Part shown: positions 20,094-27,746 of the stretch, piece after piece
How positions within the stretch are numbered: position 1 is the stretch's first letter
Layout of the letters: each line of letters begins with the position of its first letter
Source of the DNA: Clostridiaceae bacterium
Lineage (GTDB): Bacteria; Bacillota; Clostridia; Saccharofermentanales; UBA5734
Assembly (NCBI GenBank): GCA_012520975.1
Contig: JAAYNF010000128.1
Span: forward strand, 12,380 to 76,379
Length of the DNA stretch: 64,000 nucleotides
Direction of reading: 5' to 3'
The notes under the pieces: model-generated
Told to the model about the DNA's origin: nothing
The model's input: only the letters and a program-made list of their open reading frames with translations
Database searches by the model: none
Position numbers and translations under genes: made by a program

Positions 20094-21017
20094 ATGGGTA
20101 TCATGGTTCACCAAGAATCCAAAGTGATTATTCAGGGCATCACCGGCCGAGAAGGTTCGCTGCGCACAAAATATATGAAGGAATACGGCACCAATGTCAT
20201 TGGCGGCACCAGTCCGGGCAAGGCCGGTGAAATCGTGTTTGGTGTTCCGGTTTTCAATACCGTGCGGGAAATCGTCCGACAATTCGGCGCCATCGATTTT
20301 AGTGTAATCTTTGTGCCCGGCCACCGTCTCCTGTCGACAGTCATGGAGGCCTGCGATGCTGGTGTCAAGAACATCGTACCGTGTGTGGAAGGCACACCGA
20401 TCCACGATATTATGTATATGATTGAATATGCCCGAATTCGCGGCTCGAGAATTATCGGCCCCGGATCAATCGGAATTATCACGCCCGGGCAAGCCGTTGT
20501 CGGCTGGTTGGGTGGAAATGTCGGCTGGGCCAATCAGTTTTTTGTTCAAGGTAGCATTGGCGTGATCTCGCGCAGCGGCGGTCAGTCGGGAACCATCCCT
20601 TGGGTTTTGCGCGAGGGCGGTTTTGGCGTCAGTACGGTCGTTCATACAGGTACTGAACCGGTTGTAGGCACTTCTATGGCCGATCTGCTTCTGGAGTTTG
20701 AGGCCGATCCGGCAACGCGCGGCGTGGCGATTTATGCGGAAATCGGCGGCACTTTGGAAGAGGAATGCGCCGAAGTTATCGCATCCGGGCAATACACCAA
20801 GCCACTGGTTGTGTATGTGGCCGGTGCTTGGGCGCCGGAAGGGCAACGATTCTCCCATGCGTCGAATATTGTTGAGCGGGGTCGCGGTTCGGCAAAAAGC
20901 AAAATTGCCGCCATTACCAAGGTTGGTGGCTTAATCGCCGAGACCCCGACCGATATTCCGGTTCTTTTAAATCGAACCTTACCTTTGGATTTTGCTATTA
21001 CCAAGAACAAACAGTAA
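20094..21017 (+). CDS. SucD-like CoA-binding subunit of an NDP-forming acyl-CoA ligase
   Basis: 'KVIIQGITGREGS', 'NVIGGTSPGKAG' and 'GVISRSGGQSGT'. 'RFSHASNIV' sits at the SucD phosphohistidine loop. RBS is TAAGGAGGA. 307 aa. Confidence 0.7.
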   Translation: MGIMVHQESKVIIQGITGREGSLRTKYMKEYGTNVIGGTSPGKAGEIVFGVPVFNTVREIVRQFGAIDFSVIFVPGHRLLSTVMEACDAGVKNIVPCVEGTPIHDIMYMIEYARIRGSRIIGPGSIGIITPGQAVVGWLGGNVGWANQFFVQGSIGVISRSGGQSGTIPWVLREGGFGVSTVVHTGTEPVVGTSMADLLLEFEADPATRGVAIYAEIGGTLEEECAEVIASGQYTKPLVVYVAGAWAPEGQRFSHASNIVERGRGSAKSKIAAITKVGGLIAETPTDIPVLLNRTLPLDFAITKNKQ

Positions 21018-21097
21018 AAACCTTCAGGGATGCATCGATATAGGCTTTGGAGATGGTAGACAAACCCTGGCTGGTTTGCTTATGTCGTGGATGTAGG

Positions 21098-22210
21098 CTA
21101 TTTAAGAATTTCTTGGATGGCCTTTAGCAATCGGTCAACATTTTCCTCTTTGGCACCATATCCCATCAGACCGATCCGGATAACCTTGCCGGCCAGATCC
21201 CCAAGGCCGCTTCCGACCTCAATCAGATATTGGTCGCGTAGCCTTGCACGCAGGGCTTTCTCGTCGATGCCTTGTGGAACTTTGACCGTATTGAGCATCG
21301 GCAAACGATAAGGCTCGGCAACCAGCATCTCCCAACCCATTTCCGAGAGACCTGCTATCAGGCGAGCATGGGCTTTTTGATGCCGGAGAAAAACCTGTTC
21401 AAGACCTTCTTCCAGTACGTTATAAAGCGACTGGTAAAGGCCGTAGAGCATATTGATGGGCGCGGTATGATGATAAACCCGGCTGGCGCTGGCCCAATAG
21501 GCGGTCAGCAAGTTCATGTCCAAGTACCAGTTGGGTACTTTGCTGGCCCGATTGGTAATTTTTTCCATGGCACGATCGGAAAAGGTGATCGGTGCAATGC
21601 CCGGCGGGCAAGAGAGACATTTCTGGCTGCCGGAATAACAGACGTCAACATGCCAGTTGTCGACTTCGACGGGCATACCGCATAAACTGGTTACGCAATC
21701 AAGCAGATATAGGCTGTCGGTTGACTTCAGAAGGTCGCCGATTTCCCGGGCCGGATTTAAGACGCCGGTTGATGTTTCGGCATGAACCATGGCTACGATT
21801 TTATACTGATTCTGTTTAAGTTTGTCCGCCGCTTGGTCGATCGAAACAGGCTGGCCCCACGGAAAATTCAAAACGTCTACATCAGCGCCGAGGCGTGTGG
21901 CTACATCAATCATCCGATTACCAAAGACTCCGTTAGCCAGAACGAGGACCCGGTCGCCCTGCTCAATGGTGTTGACAAAAGCCGTTTCCATGCCGGCCGA
22001 ACCTGTGCCGGAAATGGGTATCGTAAAGGTATTCTTTGTTCCCAAAACAATAGCCAAGTTGGCCTTGATTTCATCCATAATCTCGATAAAGAAAGGATCC
22101 AAATGGCCTAATGTCGGTCTTGACAAGGCTTGGTAGGTTGAGGGTGCAACGGGGCTCGGCCCCGGTCCAAGCAAAAGAACATTCTGTACGCGATCCAATA
22201 GATTATCCAC
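21098..22210 (-). CDS. class V aminotransferase (serine-pyruvate / alanine-glyoxylate aminotransferase family)
   Basis: 'LLLGPGPSPV', 'ISGTGSAGME' and the PLP-lysine context 'YSGSQKCLS'. 370 aa. GTG start 5 nt after GGAGGAG. Confidence 0.85.
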   Translation of the reverse strand: MDNLLDRVQNVLLLGPGPSPVAPSTYQALSRPTLGHLDPFFIEIMDEIKANLAIVLGTKNTFTIPISGTGSAGMETAFVNTIEQGDRVLVLANGVFGNRMIDVATRLGADVDVLNFPWGQPVSIDQAADKLKQNQYKIVAMVHAETSTGVLNPAREIGDLLKSTDSLYLLDCVTSLCGMPVEVDNWHVDVCYSGSQKCLSCPPGIAPITFSDRAMEKITNRASKVPNWYLDMNLLTAYWASASRVYHHTAPINMLYGLYQSLYNVLEEGLEQVFLRHQKAHARLIAGLSEMGWEMLVAEPYRLPMLNTVKVPQGIDEKALRARLRDQYLIEVGSGLGDLAGKVIRIGLMGYGAKEENVDRLLKAIQEILK

Positions 22211-22334
22211 TTTTACTCCTCCTTCATGCTCTGACGAAAGGCATCAGAATGAAATTAATTTTTAAAATTGCTTACTACAATATTATCACAATTTCTTTGC
22301 CGGTCAATTGGTTTTTCTCCGGTTGTACCGATGG

Positions 22335-22363
22335 TTGCAAAGAAATTATGTGTATGCTATGAT
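22335..22363 (+). promoter_or_regulatory. candidate promoter of the IclR-family gene
   Basis: TTGCAA (22335-22340), 17 nt, TATGAT (22358-22363), preceded by TGc (extended -10). Confidence 0.5.
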
Positions 22364-22377
22364 TTCACCAAGTGAAA
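22363..22377 (+). promoter_or_regulatory. inverted repeat overlapping the -10/+1 of the iclR-family promoter
   Basis: TTTCAC-caa-GTGAAA (6-3-6, perfect). Confidence 0.4.
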
Positions 22378-22397
22378 CCCGAAAGGTTGTTGGTCCG

Positions 22398-23189
22398 ATG
22401 GCACAAAAACTGTCTAAATCAAACCAATCCATCGAAAAAGTTCTGTTTATTATTGAGATCATGGCCAATGAAAGTGGCCCAATGCGGTTACAGGACATTG
22501 CCGAACGGGCCGGCATACCGGCCAGCACGACGTTGCGGCTGGTCAACACGCTTTTGCGACATGGCTATGCCCACCAAGATGCCTATTCGCAAAGGTATCA
22601 TCTTTCGTTGAAATTCATGCAAATCGGCAACAAGATTCATAATCAGATCAGTTTGCGAGGTATTGCGCGTCCATTCCTGCTGGAGCTGGCTCAACGTTGT
22701 CAGGAGGCCAGTTGCTTGGCCGTTGACCACAATATGGAGGTTGTCTATACCGATGTTGTGGAAGGACCGGATAATATGCTCAAGATTATGCAGCACATTG
22801 GCAAAAGAGCGCCCATGCACTGCACCGGTGTCGGCAAGCTCATGTTGCTGAATTATAATGAGGAGAAGTTGGACAACTTTATCCAAAGCAAAGGCCTGCC
22901 GGTTTTGACACCCTACACCAAGGTGACCAAGGCGGCATTGCTGGCCGATCTGGAAAATTGCCGGGAACAGGATTATGCGTTGGACGATGAAGAGTGTGAA
23001 ATTGGTGCTCGCTGTGTAGCCGGACCAATTCGAGATTATACCGGCAAGATCATCGCCGCGATCAGTGTTTCCGGACCGACATCCCGCTTGACTCTTGAGC
23101 GGACGCCGGCGATTATTGCGGTTGTTAAAGAAATCGCTGCCAGAATATCCCAGCAAATGGCCTTTGAAGAAAGGCCGCCAAAGGATTGA
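22398..23189 (+). CDS. IclR-family transcriptional regulator
   Basis: N-terminal wHTH 'SIEKVLFIIEIMANESGPMRLQDIAERAGIPASTTLRLVNTL' and a C-terminal IclR effector domain. 263 aa from ATG 22398. Confidence 0.85.
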   Translation: MAQKLSKSNQSIEKVLFIIEIMANESGPMRLQDIAERAGIPASTTLRLVNTLLRHGYAHQDAYSQRYHLSLKFMQIGNKIHNQISLRGIARPFLLELAQRCQEASCLAVDHNMEVVYTDVVEGPDNMLKIMQHIGKRAPMHCTGVGKLMLLNYNEEKLDNFIQSKGLPVLTPYTKVTKAALLADLENCREQDYALDDEECEIGARCVAGPIRDYTGKIIAAISVSGPTSRLTLERTPAIIAVVKEIAARISQQMAFEERPPKD

Positions 23190-23255
23190 TAGCGGAACAC
23201 TTTTGTTAAGGTCTTTTAATGCTTGAAGACTTATCCCTCCGTTTGCCGGCAAAAT

Positions 23256-24260
23256 CTATGATTTTGTCGTGAAAACAATGCCGGCCGCCAAGCGCGCCTT
23301 TTCCATCACGCCGATGACCGAACGGGTGATGGTCATGTTCCGGGCGAGGATGTCATATTTTTGCGCCAGAATCAATCGCGTAATTTCTTGTATTTCATAA
23401 AACCAACGATCAGGATCAGGCTGTTCGTTGAATGTTTTGTCTGCGGAACGGGTGACGACCCGGATCTCGGCCAGTCCATTGCTGCCGCCCTTGACCTGAA
23501 TATAGCCTTGCTCACCCTCGATCAGGACCTGATTTTCGCCCCAAGTGTCCTTGGCAGCTGCGCAACTGCTGACAAAATCATCATATTGCATCATCATCAC
23601 CCCGGATGTGTCCGCCTGCCCCGTCCGGCGGTTGGGATAATACACAGCATCCCGGGGTTCACCGAAAAGGGCAACATTGAGGTAAATATTGTAGTAATTG
23701 ATATCCTGCAGGCAGCCGCCGGCATGATCCAGACTGAATACATTGGGCAGTTTACCGGCCAAAAGCGCATCGTAGCGGCTGGAATATTGGCTGTAATTGC
23801 AAAGAACCAACCGAATGCGGCCGACACGCGGCAAATGTTTCTTCAACAGCTGGAAATTAGGCAGATAAGGTGTCGGTACGGCCTCCAAAAGCAATAAACC
23901 TTGTTCATCAGCCAGCCGCGACAGTGTTTCCAACTGCTCTTTTTCCGGTGTCAACGGTTTTTCGCACAAGACATGTTTGCCATGGGACAAAGCCAAATGA
24001 GCTTGGGGGAAATGCAGATTATTGGGGGAAGCGATATAGATGAAGTTAACCTCACTGTCATGCATCAAATCGGTAAGATCGGTGCAGACCTTTTCCACAT
24101 TGTGCTCAGAGGCCAAAGCCCGGCCTTTTTCTTGGCTGCGTGAATAGACGGCGCCCAACCGGATGCCATCGGTGCGCGCCACGCCGGCCAGAATGGATCG
24201 AACAATGGGGCCGGTGCCGATGGTACCGAGGACAATTTCTTTAACAGCTCTTTTTTTCAT
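23256..24260 (-). CDS. Gfo/Idh/MocA-family NAD(P)-dependent oxidoreductase
   Basis: N-terminal Rossmann 'LGTIGTGPIV' and the 'HVLCEKPL' family motif. 334 aa. Confidence 0.85.
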   Translation of the reverse strand: MKKRAVKEIVLGTIGTGPIVRSILAGVARTDGIRLGAVYSRSQEKGRALASEHNVEKVCTDLTDLMHDSEVNFIYIASPNNLHFPQAHLALSHGKHVLCEKPLTPEKEQLETLSRLADEQGLLLLEAVPTPYLPNFQLLKKHLPRVGRIRLVLCNYSQYSSRYDALLAGKLPNVFSLDHAGGCLQDINYYNIYLNVALFGEPRDAVYYPNRRTGQADTSGVMMMQYDDFVSSCAAAKDTWGENQVLIEGEQGYIQVKGGSNGLAEIRVVTRSADKTFNEQPDPDRWFYEIQEITRLILAQKYDILARNMTITRSVIGVMEKARLAAGIVFTTKS

Positions 24261-24382
24261 AATTATTATCTTTCTTGCCGATTTGCTAGGGCCGGCATAC
24301 TGGTTCGGATGGTTGTTTTTATGTTACCATATTATTCACAGAACGGGATTCGGACATTTTTATCGGCTAAGGTGATCATGGG

Positions 24383-24841
24383 ATGTTGGAAAAAACCTTC
24401 GGCTCCAGGAAAGCAAATACAATTTACCAAGAACGGGTCGGCGCCTATGGCATTGGTTTTGATCACGAGCAAAAAATCCCGGTTGTCATGACACCTCTCC
24501 TTGATGGGAGAACAGGCTGTTTTTTGCCGGGCGGTGGGATTGAGCACAATGAAACCCATGCGGCTTGCATAATTAGAGAATGTCTGGAAGAAGCCGGCCT
24601 GCATGTTATTCCTCGGGAATTAATTTGCAAAATTGACTACTACCATTTTATTGAGCAAACCCGAACCAATATTTATGGAATCGGTTATTTCTATACCATG
24701 GAGATCAAAGGTGTGGTATCCGAACCAACGGAAAAAGACAGCGTTCTGACCTGGCTCACGCTTGCTGAAGTGAAAGAGCGATTGTTTTTCCCCCATCAAA
24801 TCTGGGCGGTTGAACAAGCGTTTCAACACCACGGTCGGTAA
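24383..24841 (+). CDS. NUDIX hydrolase
   Basis: Nudix box 'GGGIEHNETHAACIIRECLEEAG' (GX5EX7REUXEEXGU). Confidence 0.8.
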   Translation: MLEKTFGSRKANTIYQERVGAYGIGFDHEQKIPVVMTPLLDGRTGCFLPGGGIEHNETHAACIIRECLEEAGLHVIPRELICKIDYYHFIEQTRTNIYGIGYFYTMEIKGVVSEPTEKDSVLTWLTLAEVKERLFFPHQIWAVEQAFQHHGR

Positions 24842-24917
24842 TTCATATGGCCAGGAGACATATTGTACAATTATACAGTCAGCAGATCCATATTAATTAA
24901 TCGAGAGGTTCCTACCA

Positions 24918-26474
24918 ATGAAACTGCTTCCCAAACTTGAAATGAACAACGGCTTGGCTACCCTGTACGTCGATGGCAAACCCTTCTTTGCCTTGGGGGG
25001 TGAGCTTCATAATTCAAGCGCTTCCAGTACGACCTATATGCGCGAGGTGGTTTGGCCCAGCCTGCGTCAGATCAGTGGCCTTAATTCGATCATCGCTACG
25101 GTTTCCTGGCAGCAGATCGAGCCCGGTCAAGGGCGGTTTGACTTTACCGTTCTGGATGATCTGATCGCCGATGCTCGCCAAGAGGGTATTCGCTTGGTTT
25201 TGATCTGGTTCGGTCTTTGGAAAAACGGCGCGTCGTCGTATGTTCCGAGCTGGGTCAAACGGGATCCGGTCACTTATTTTCCCTGTGTCAGAGCACAGGG
25301 AACGCAGTTGGGTTCACGTTTTGGCGGTCTGGGCGACTATACAATCTCACCGCTTTGCGAGGCCGCCGTAGCCGCCGACGCGCGGGCGTTTGCCGCCGTT
25401 ATGGCGCACATCCGCGCTGTTGACACCGACCATACGGTGATCATGATGCAGGTGGAAAATGAAATCGGCTTGTTGGGCAGCGCCCGAGATTATTCACCGG
25501 TGGCCAACGCCAAATACTTGGAACCCATCCCGCAGGTGGTCGCCGAAGCCTATGGTGTTTCAGGCAATTGGGAACAGGCTTTTGGCGCTGATGCCCAAGA
25601 ATATTTCATGGCTTGGTACTATGCCCGTGCGGTCCAAACCATTGCCTCCGCCGGCATTCGAGAACTGGCCCTGCCCATGTATGTTAATGCTTGGTTACAG
25701 CAGGATCCAGATCGCGCCGGCGCATATCCGAGCGGCGGCCCGATTGCCAAAATGATCAAGCTTTGGCGTTTGGCCGCGCCAAGTATTTGCCTCTATGCAC
25801 CGGATATTTACCTTCCGGATTTTGAGGCCGTCGTGGCTGAATACAGTGCGGACGGCAATCCTTTGTTTATCCCCGAAACCAGAACCAATGTTTCGTCTGC
25901 CGCCGCGGTTTTTCTGGCTTTTGGCAAATACAACGCTATCGGCTTTAATCCCTTCGGCATTGAAGATCTGTTTTCGCCGCGCTCCGGTGGGTTTGATCCG
26001 GCCGAACTGGCAGCCTTGAATATCGATGTATCCGCGTTTTCCAATGAGGGGACCGCCACTTATTTGCCCCAGAGCTATTGTCTGATCGGCAATATGCTGG
26101 GAATCATCGCCCGTTATCGGGGAACCAAACAGATGACTGGATTCTACCAATATGGTGACGCGGAAGGCTGCATGCTGTCCTTTAGCAAGTATGACATTCG
26201 GATTGCTTATGGTCGGATCGGTCCGGGCAAACCACCCGCGGGAGGCTTGGTCATTGAAGTCGATGCGGATAATTTTATTTTTGCCGGAACCAATTTTTTG
26301 GCTTCGTTTCTGCCTAAAAAGGATGTCGAAAAATATGTCGGCTACGTCATGATTCAAGAGGGCAAGTATCAGGATAATGTCTGGCGGCCCGGTCGGATTC
26401 TCAATGGCGACGAACAACGGGTCGGTCTGCGGGATGTGCCGCAGGCTTTGCAGGTCGAGGTTTTTCAGTATTAA
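24918..26474 (+). CDS. GH35-like glycoside hydrolase (beta-galactosidase-like TIM barrel plus C-terminal beta domain)
   Basis: 'GGELHNSS', 'WQQIEPGQGRFDF' and 'MQVENEIG' (acid/base NE). 518 aa. No obvious signal peptide. Confidence 0.65.
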   Translation: MKLLPKLEMNNGLATLYVDGKPFFALGGELHNSSASSTTYMREVVWPSLRQISGLNSIIATVSWQQIEPGQGRFDFTVLDDLIADARQEGIRLVLIWFGLWKNGASSYVPSWVKRDPVTYFPCVRAQGTQLGSRFGGLGDYTISPLCEAAVAADARAFAAVMAHIRAVDTDHTVIMMQVENEIGLLGSARDYSPVANAKYLEPIPQVVAEAYGVSGNWEQAFGADAQEYFMAWYYARAVQTIASAGIRELALPMYVNAWLQQDPDRAGAYPSGGPIAKMIKLWRLAAPSICLYAPDIYLPDFEAVVAEYSADGNPLFIPETRTNVSSAAAVFLAFGKYNAIGFNPFGIEDLFSPRSGGFDPAELAALNIDVSAFSNEGTATYLPQSYCLIGNMLGIIARYRGTKQMTGFYQYGDAEGCMLSFSKYDIRIAYGRIGPGKPPAGGLVIEVDADNFIFAGTNFLASFLPKKDVEKYVGYVMIQEGKYQDNVWRPGRILNGDEQRVGLRDVPQALQVEVFQY

Positions 26475-26531
26475 GACGCATCTTGCTTTTTGTATCCGAC
26501 CGATCTTGATGAAAACTATGGATAATGCAAT

Positions 26532-26569
26532 AAGGGGTCTCCTTAAAACAAGGCGACCCCTTCCTTTTT
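26532..26569 (+). terminator. intrinsic terminator after the glycosidase gene
   Basis: AAGGGGTCTCCTT / AAGGCGACCCCTT stem with one T.C mismatch and an AAAAC loop, followed by CCTTTTT. Confidence 0.7.
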
Positions 26570-26601
26570 GCTATTGGATGAACAGATTAATTGCTCTATT
26601 T

Positions 26602-27012
26602 TCAACAGTATTTTTTGATCCCGGGAGGAAGATCATCGGGATCGGCACTGAGAATAATCATGACATTTATTGCATCTCGTTCGGCAAAAGCCTCGAGTTT
26701 TTCGAGAAAGGATTCCAAATTGCTTAGATCGGAATCACCGGAAATCTTACCGATGCTGTCAATGTAGATGTGGGTGACATCAAAGTCTTTGGCGCTTATC
26801 CCGGCGATGAAGCTTAATAGCTGGTCGTATCCTCTGACCGGATACTGTGAAACGTCAACCAGGCGGATTTGATACTTGACCAACCCGTTCAACCGCTTGC
26901 CGAACTCAAGGCAAACAACGTTGGCGGATTCGCTGGTGGCCTGCATATTGAGGTCGTCTACCAATCTGGCGGTTTTTCCGCTCCCTTTTTCACCGACAAT
27001 TAACTTGATCAT
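26602..27012 (-). CDS. stand-alone mini P-loop NTPase, function unknown
   Basis: 136 aa. Walker A 'GEKGSGKT' at residues 7-14 and a Walker-B-like 'THIYIDS'. AGGAG RBS 9 nt upstream. Confidence 0.6.
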   Translation of the reverse strand: MIKLIVGEKGSGKTARLVDDLNMQATSESANVVCLEFGKRLNGLVKYQIRLVDVSQYPVRGYDQLLSFIAGISAKDFDVTHIYIDSIGKISGDSDLSNLESFLEKLEAFAERDAINVMIILSADPDDLPPGIKKYC

Positions 27013-27032
27013 AGGCGCTCACTCCTTTGCGT

Positions 27033-27062
27033 ATTATAAAATGGAATCTGACTCTATTGTAA
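27033..27062 (-). promoter_or_regulatory. candidate promoter of the mini P-loop gene
   Basis: On the - strand: TTACAA, 18 nt, TATAAT. This implies a very short leader before the AGGAG. Confidence 0.4.
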
Positions 27063-27074
27063 CCTACTTTGACC

Positions 27075-27103
27075 GACAATTGAAAGACAATTCGGAGACA
27101 ATT
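27075..27103 (+). repeat. three helically phased direct repeats GACAATT (11-bp period)
   Basis: GACAATT at 27075, 27086 and 27097. The last two units are GACAATTCGG(A/C). They lie 19-47 bp upstream of the rimP -35. Confidence 0.6.
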
Positions 27104-27121
27104 CGGCCCAATTTTTTCAAC

Positions 27122-27150
27122 TTGCATAGTTATGGCCATCATGCTATAAT
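27122..27150 (+). promoter_or_regulatory. rimP-nusA-infB operon promoter (extended -10)
   Basis: TTGCAT (27122-27127), 17 nt, TGcTATAAT (27142-27150). Confidence 0.7.
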
Positions 27151-27180
27151 GCCGATGTTAAGAAGTAGGCTTGGAGACAG

Positions 27181-27207
27181 AGAGTGGGGTGCCCCCACTC
27201 TTTGTTG
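27181..27207 (+). promoter_or_regulatory. GC-rich leader hairpin with an interrupted U tract (candidate attenuator/terminator in the nusA-operon leader)
   Basis: AGAGTGGGG-tgc-CCCCACTCT (perfect 9 bp) followed by TTGTTG. It lies between the predicted +1 and the rimP RBS. Confidence 0.45.
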
Positions 27208-27235
27208 CTATAAGAGGTCTCGGAGGATGCTTTTG

Positions 27236-27706
27236 ATGACAGACGGTCGCTCGCCCGCCGCGCAAAAAGTTTTCGCAGCTGCTGCGCCACTGATCGAAGC
27301 TCTGGATATCGAACTGGTTGACGTTGAATATGTCCGGGAAAACCAAGCTCGTATCCTACGCCTCTACATCGACAAGCCTGATGGTGTCACCGTGGAGGAC
27401 TGCGCAACGGTCAGCCGGATGGTCGATCCGGTCATTGATCATGAGCTGGGTCTGAAAACCCATGATTATCTGGAGGTGTCATCACCGGGTCTGCAAAGAA
27501 TACTTAAGACCGAACGTGATTTTAAGCGTTACGAAGGGGAATGGGTCGAAGTAACACTCTACCGCGCCTTGGACGGCAGAAGAAAATATCAAGGTGTTTT
27601 GGGACCGTACGCATCCGATCAAGTTGTGATTCGTTTGGAAGATGACAGTGAACGGATATTTGCAAGAGAATTAGTAGCCAGAACCCGGCGTTTTTTCCGG
27701 GGCTGA
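27236..27706 (+). CDS. rimP: ribosome maturation factor RimP
   Basis: 156 aa from ATG 27236, 9 nt after GGAGG. 'ELVDVEYVRENQARILRLYIDKPDGV' is typical RimP. Sits directly upstream of nusA. The track TTG start 26876 was rejected. Confidence 0.85.
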   Translation: MTDGRSPAAQKVFAAAAPLIEALDIELVDVEYVRENQARILRLYIDKPDGVTVEDCATVSRMVDPVIDHELGLKTHDYLEVSSPGLQRILKTERDFKRYEGEWVEVTLYRALDGRRKYQGVLGPYASDQVVIRLEDDSERIFARELVARTRRFFRG

Positions 27707-27746
27707 AATCGGGATATGTGATAATACGGAAGGAGCATATAGGCAG

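Noticed and set aside
22240-22262. TGAAATTAATTTTT in the aminotransferase/iclR intergenic region, as a third IclR-like box.
   Set aside because: The right half-site is AATTTT rather than ATTTCA and the spacing does not fit. The tract is generic AT-rich DNA.
24862-24871. 10-bp palindrome ATTGTACAAT, with CATATT direct repeats, upstream of the glycosidase gene. A possible operator.
   Set aside because: It is short and AT-rich, there is no adjacent regulator gene, and I could not place a convincing -35/-10 around it. It could easily be chance.
26876-27235. N-terminal extensions offered by the ORF track. Examples: rimP from TTG 26876, rsmH from 41194, murF from 46766, mraY from 48234, recG from 59363, the response regulator from 55067, leuD from 9125, and the flavoprotein from 3289.
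   Set aside because: The extensions overlap upstream genes or promoter regions and lack homology. Internal starts with RBS-like sequences or 4-nt stop/start overlaps give family-typical N-termini.
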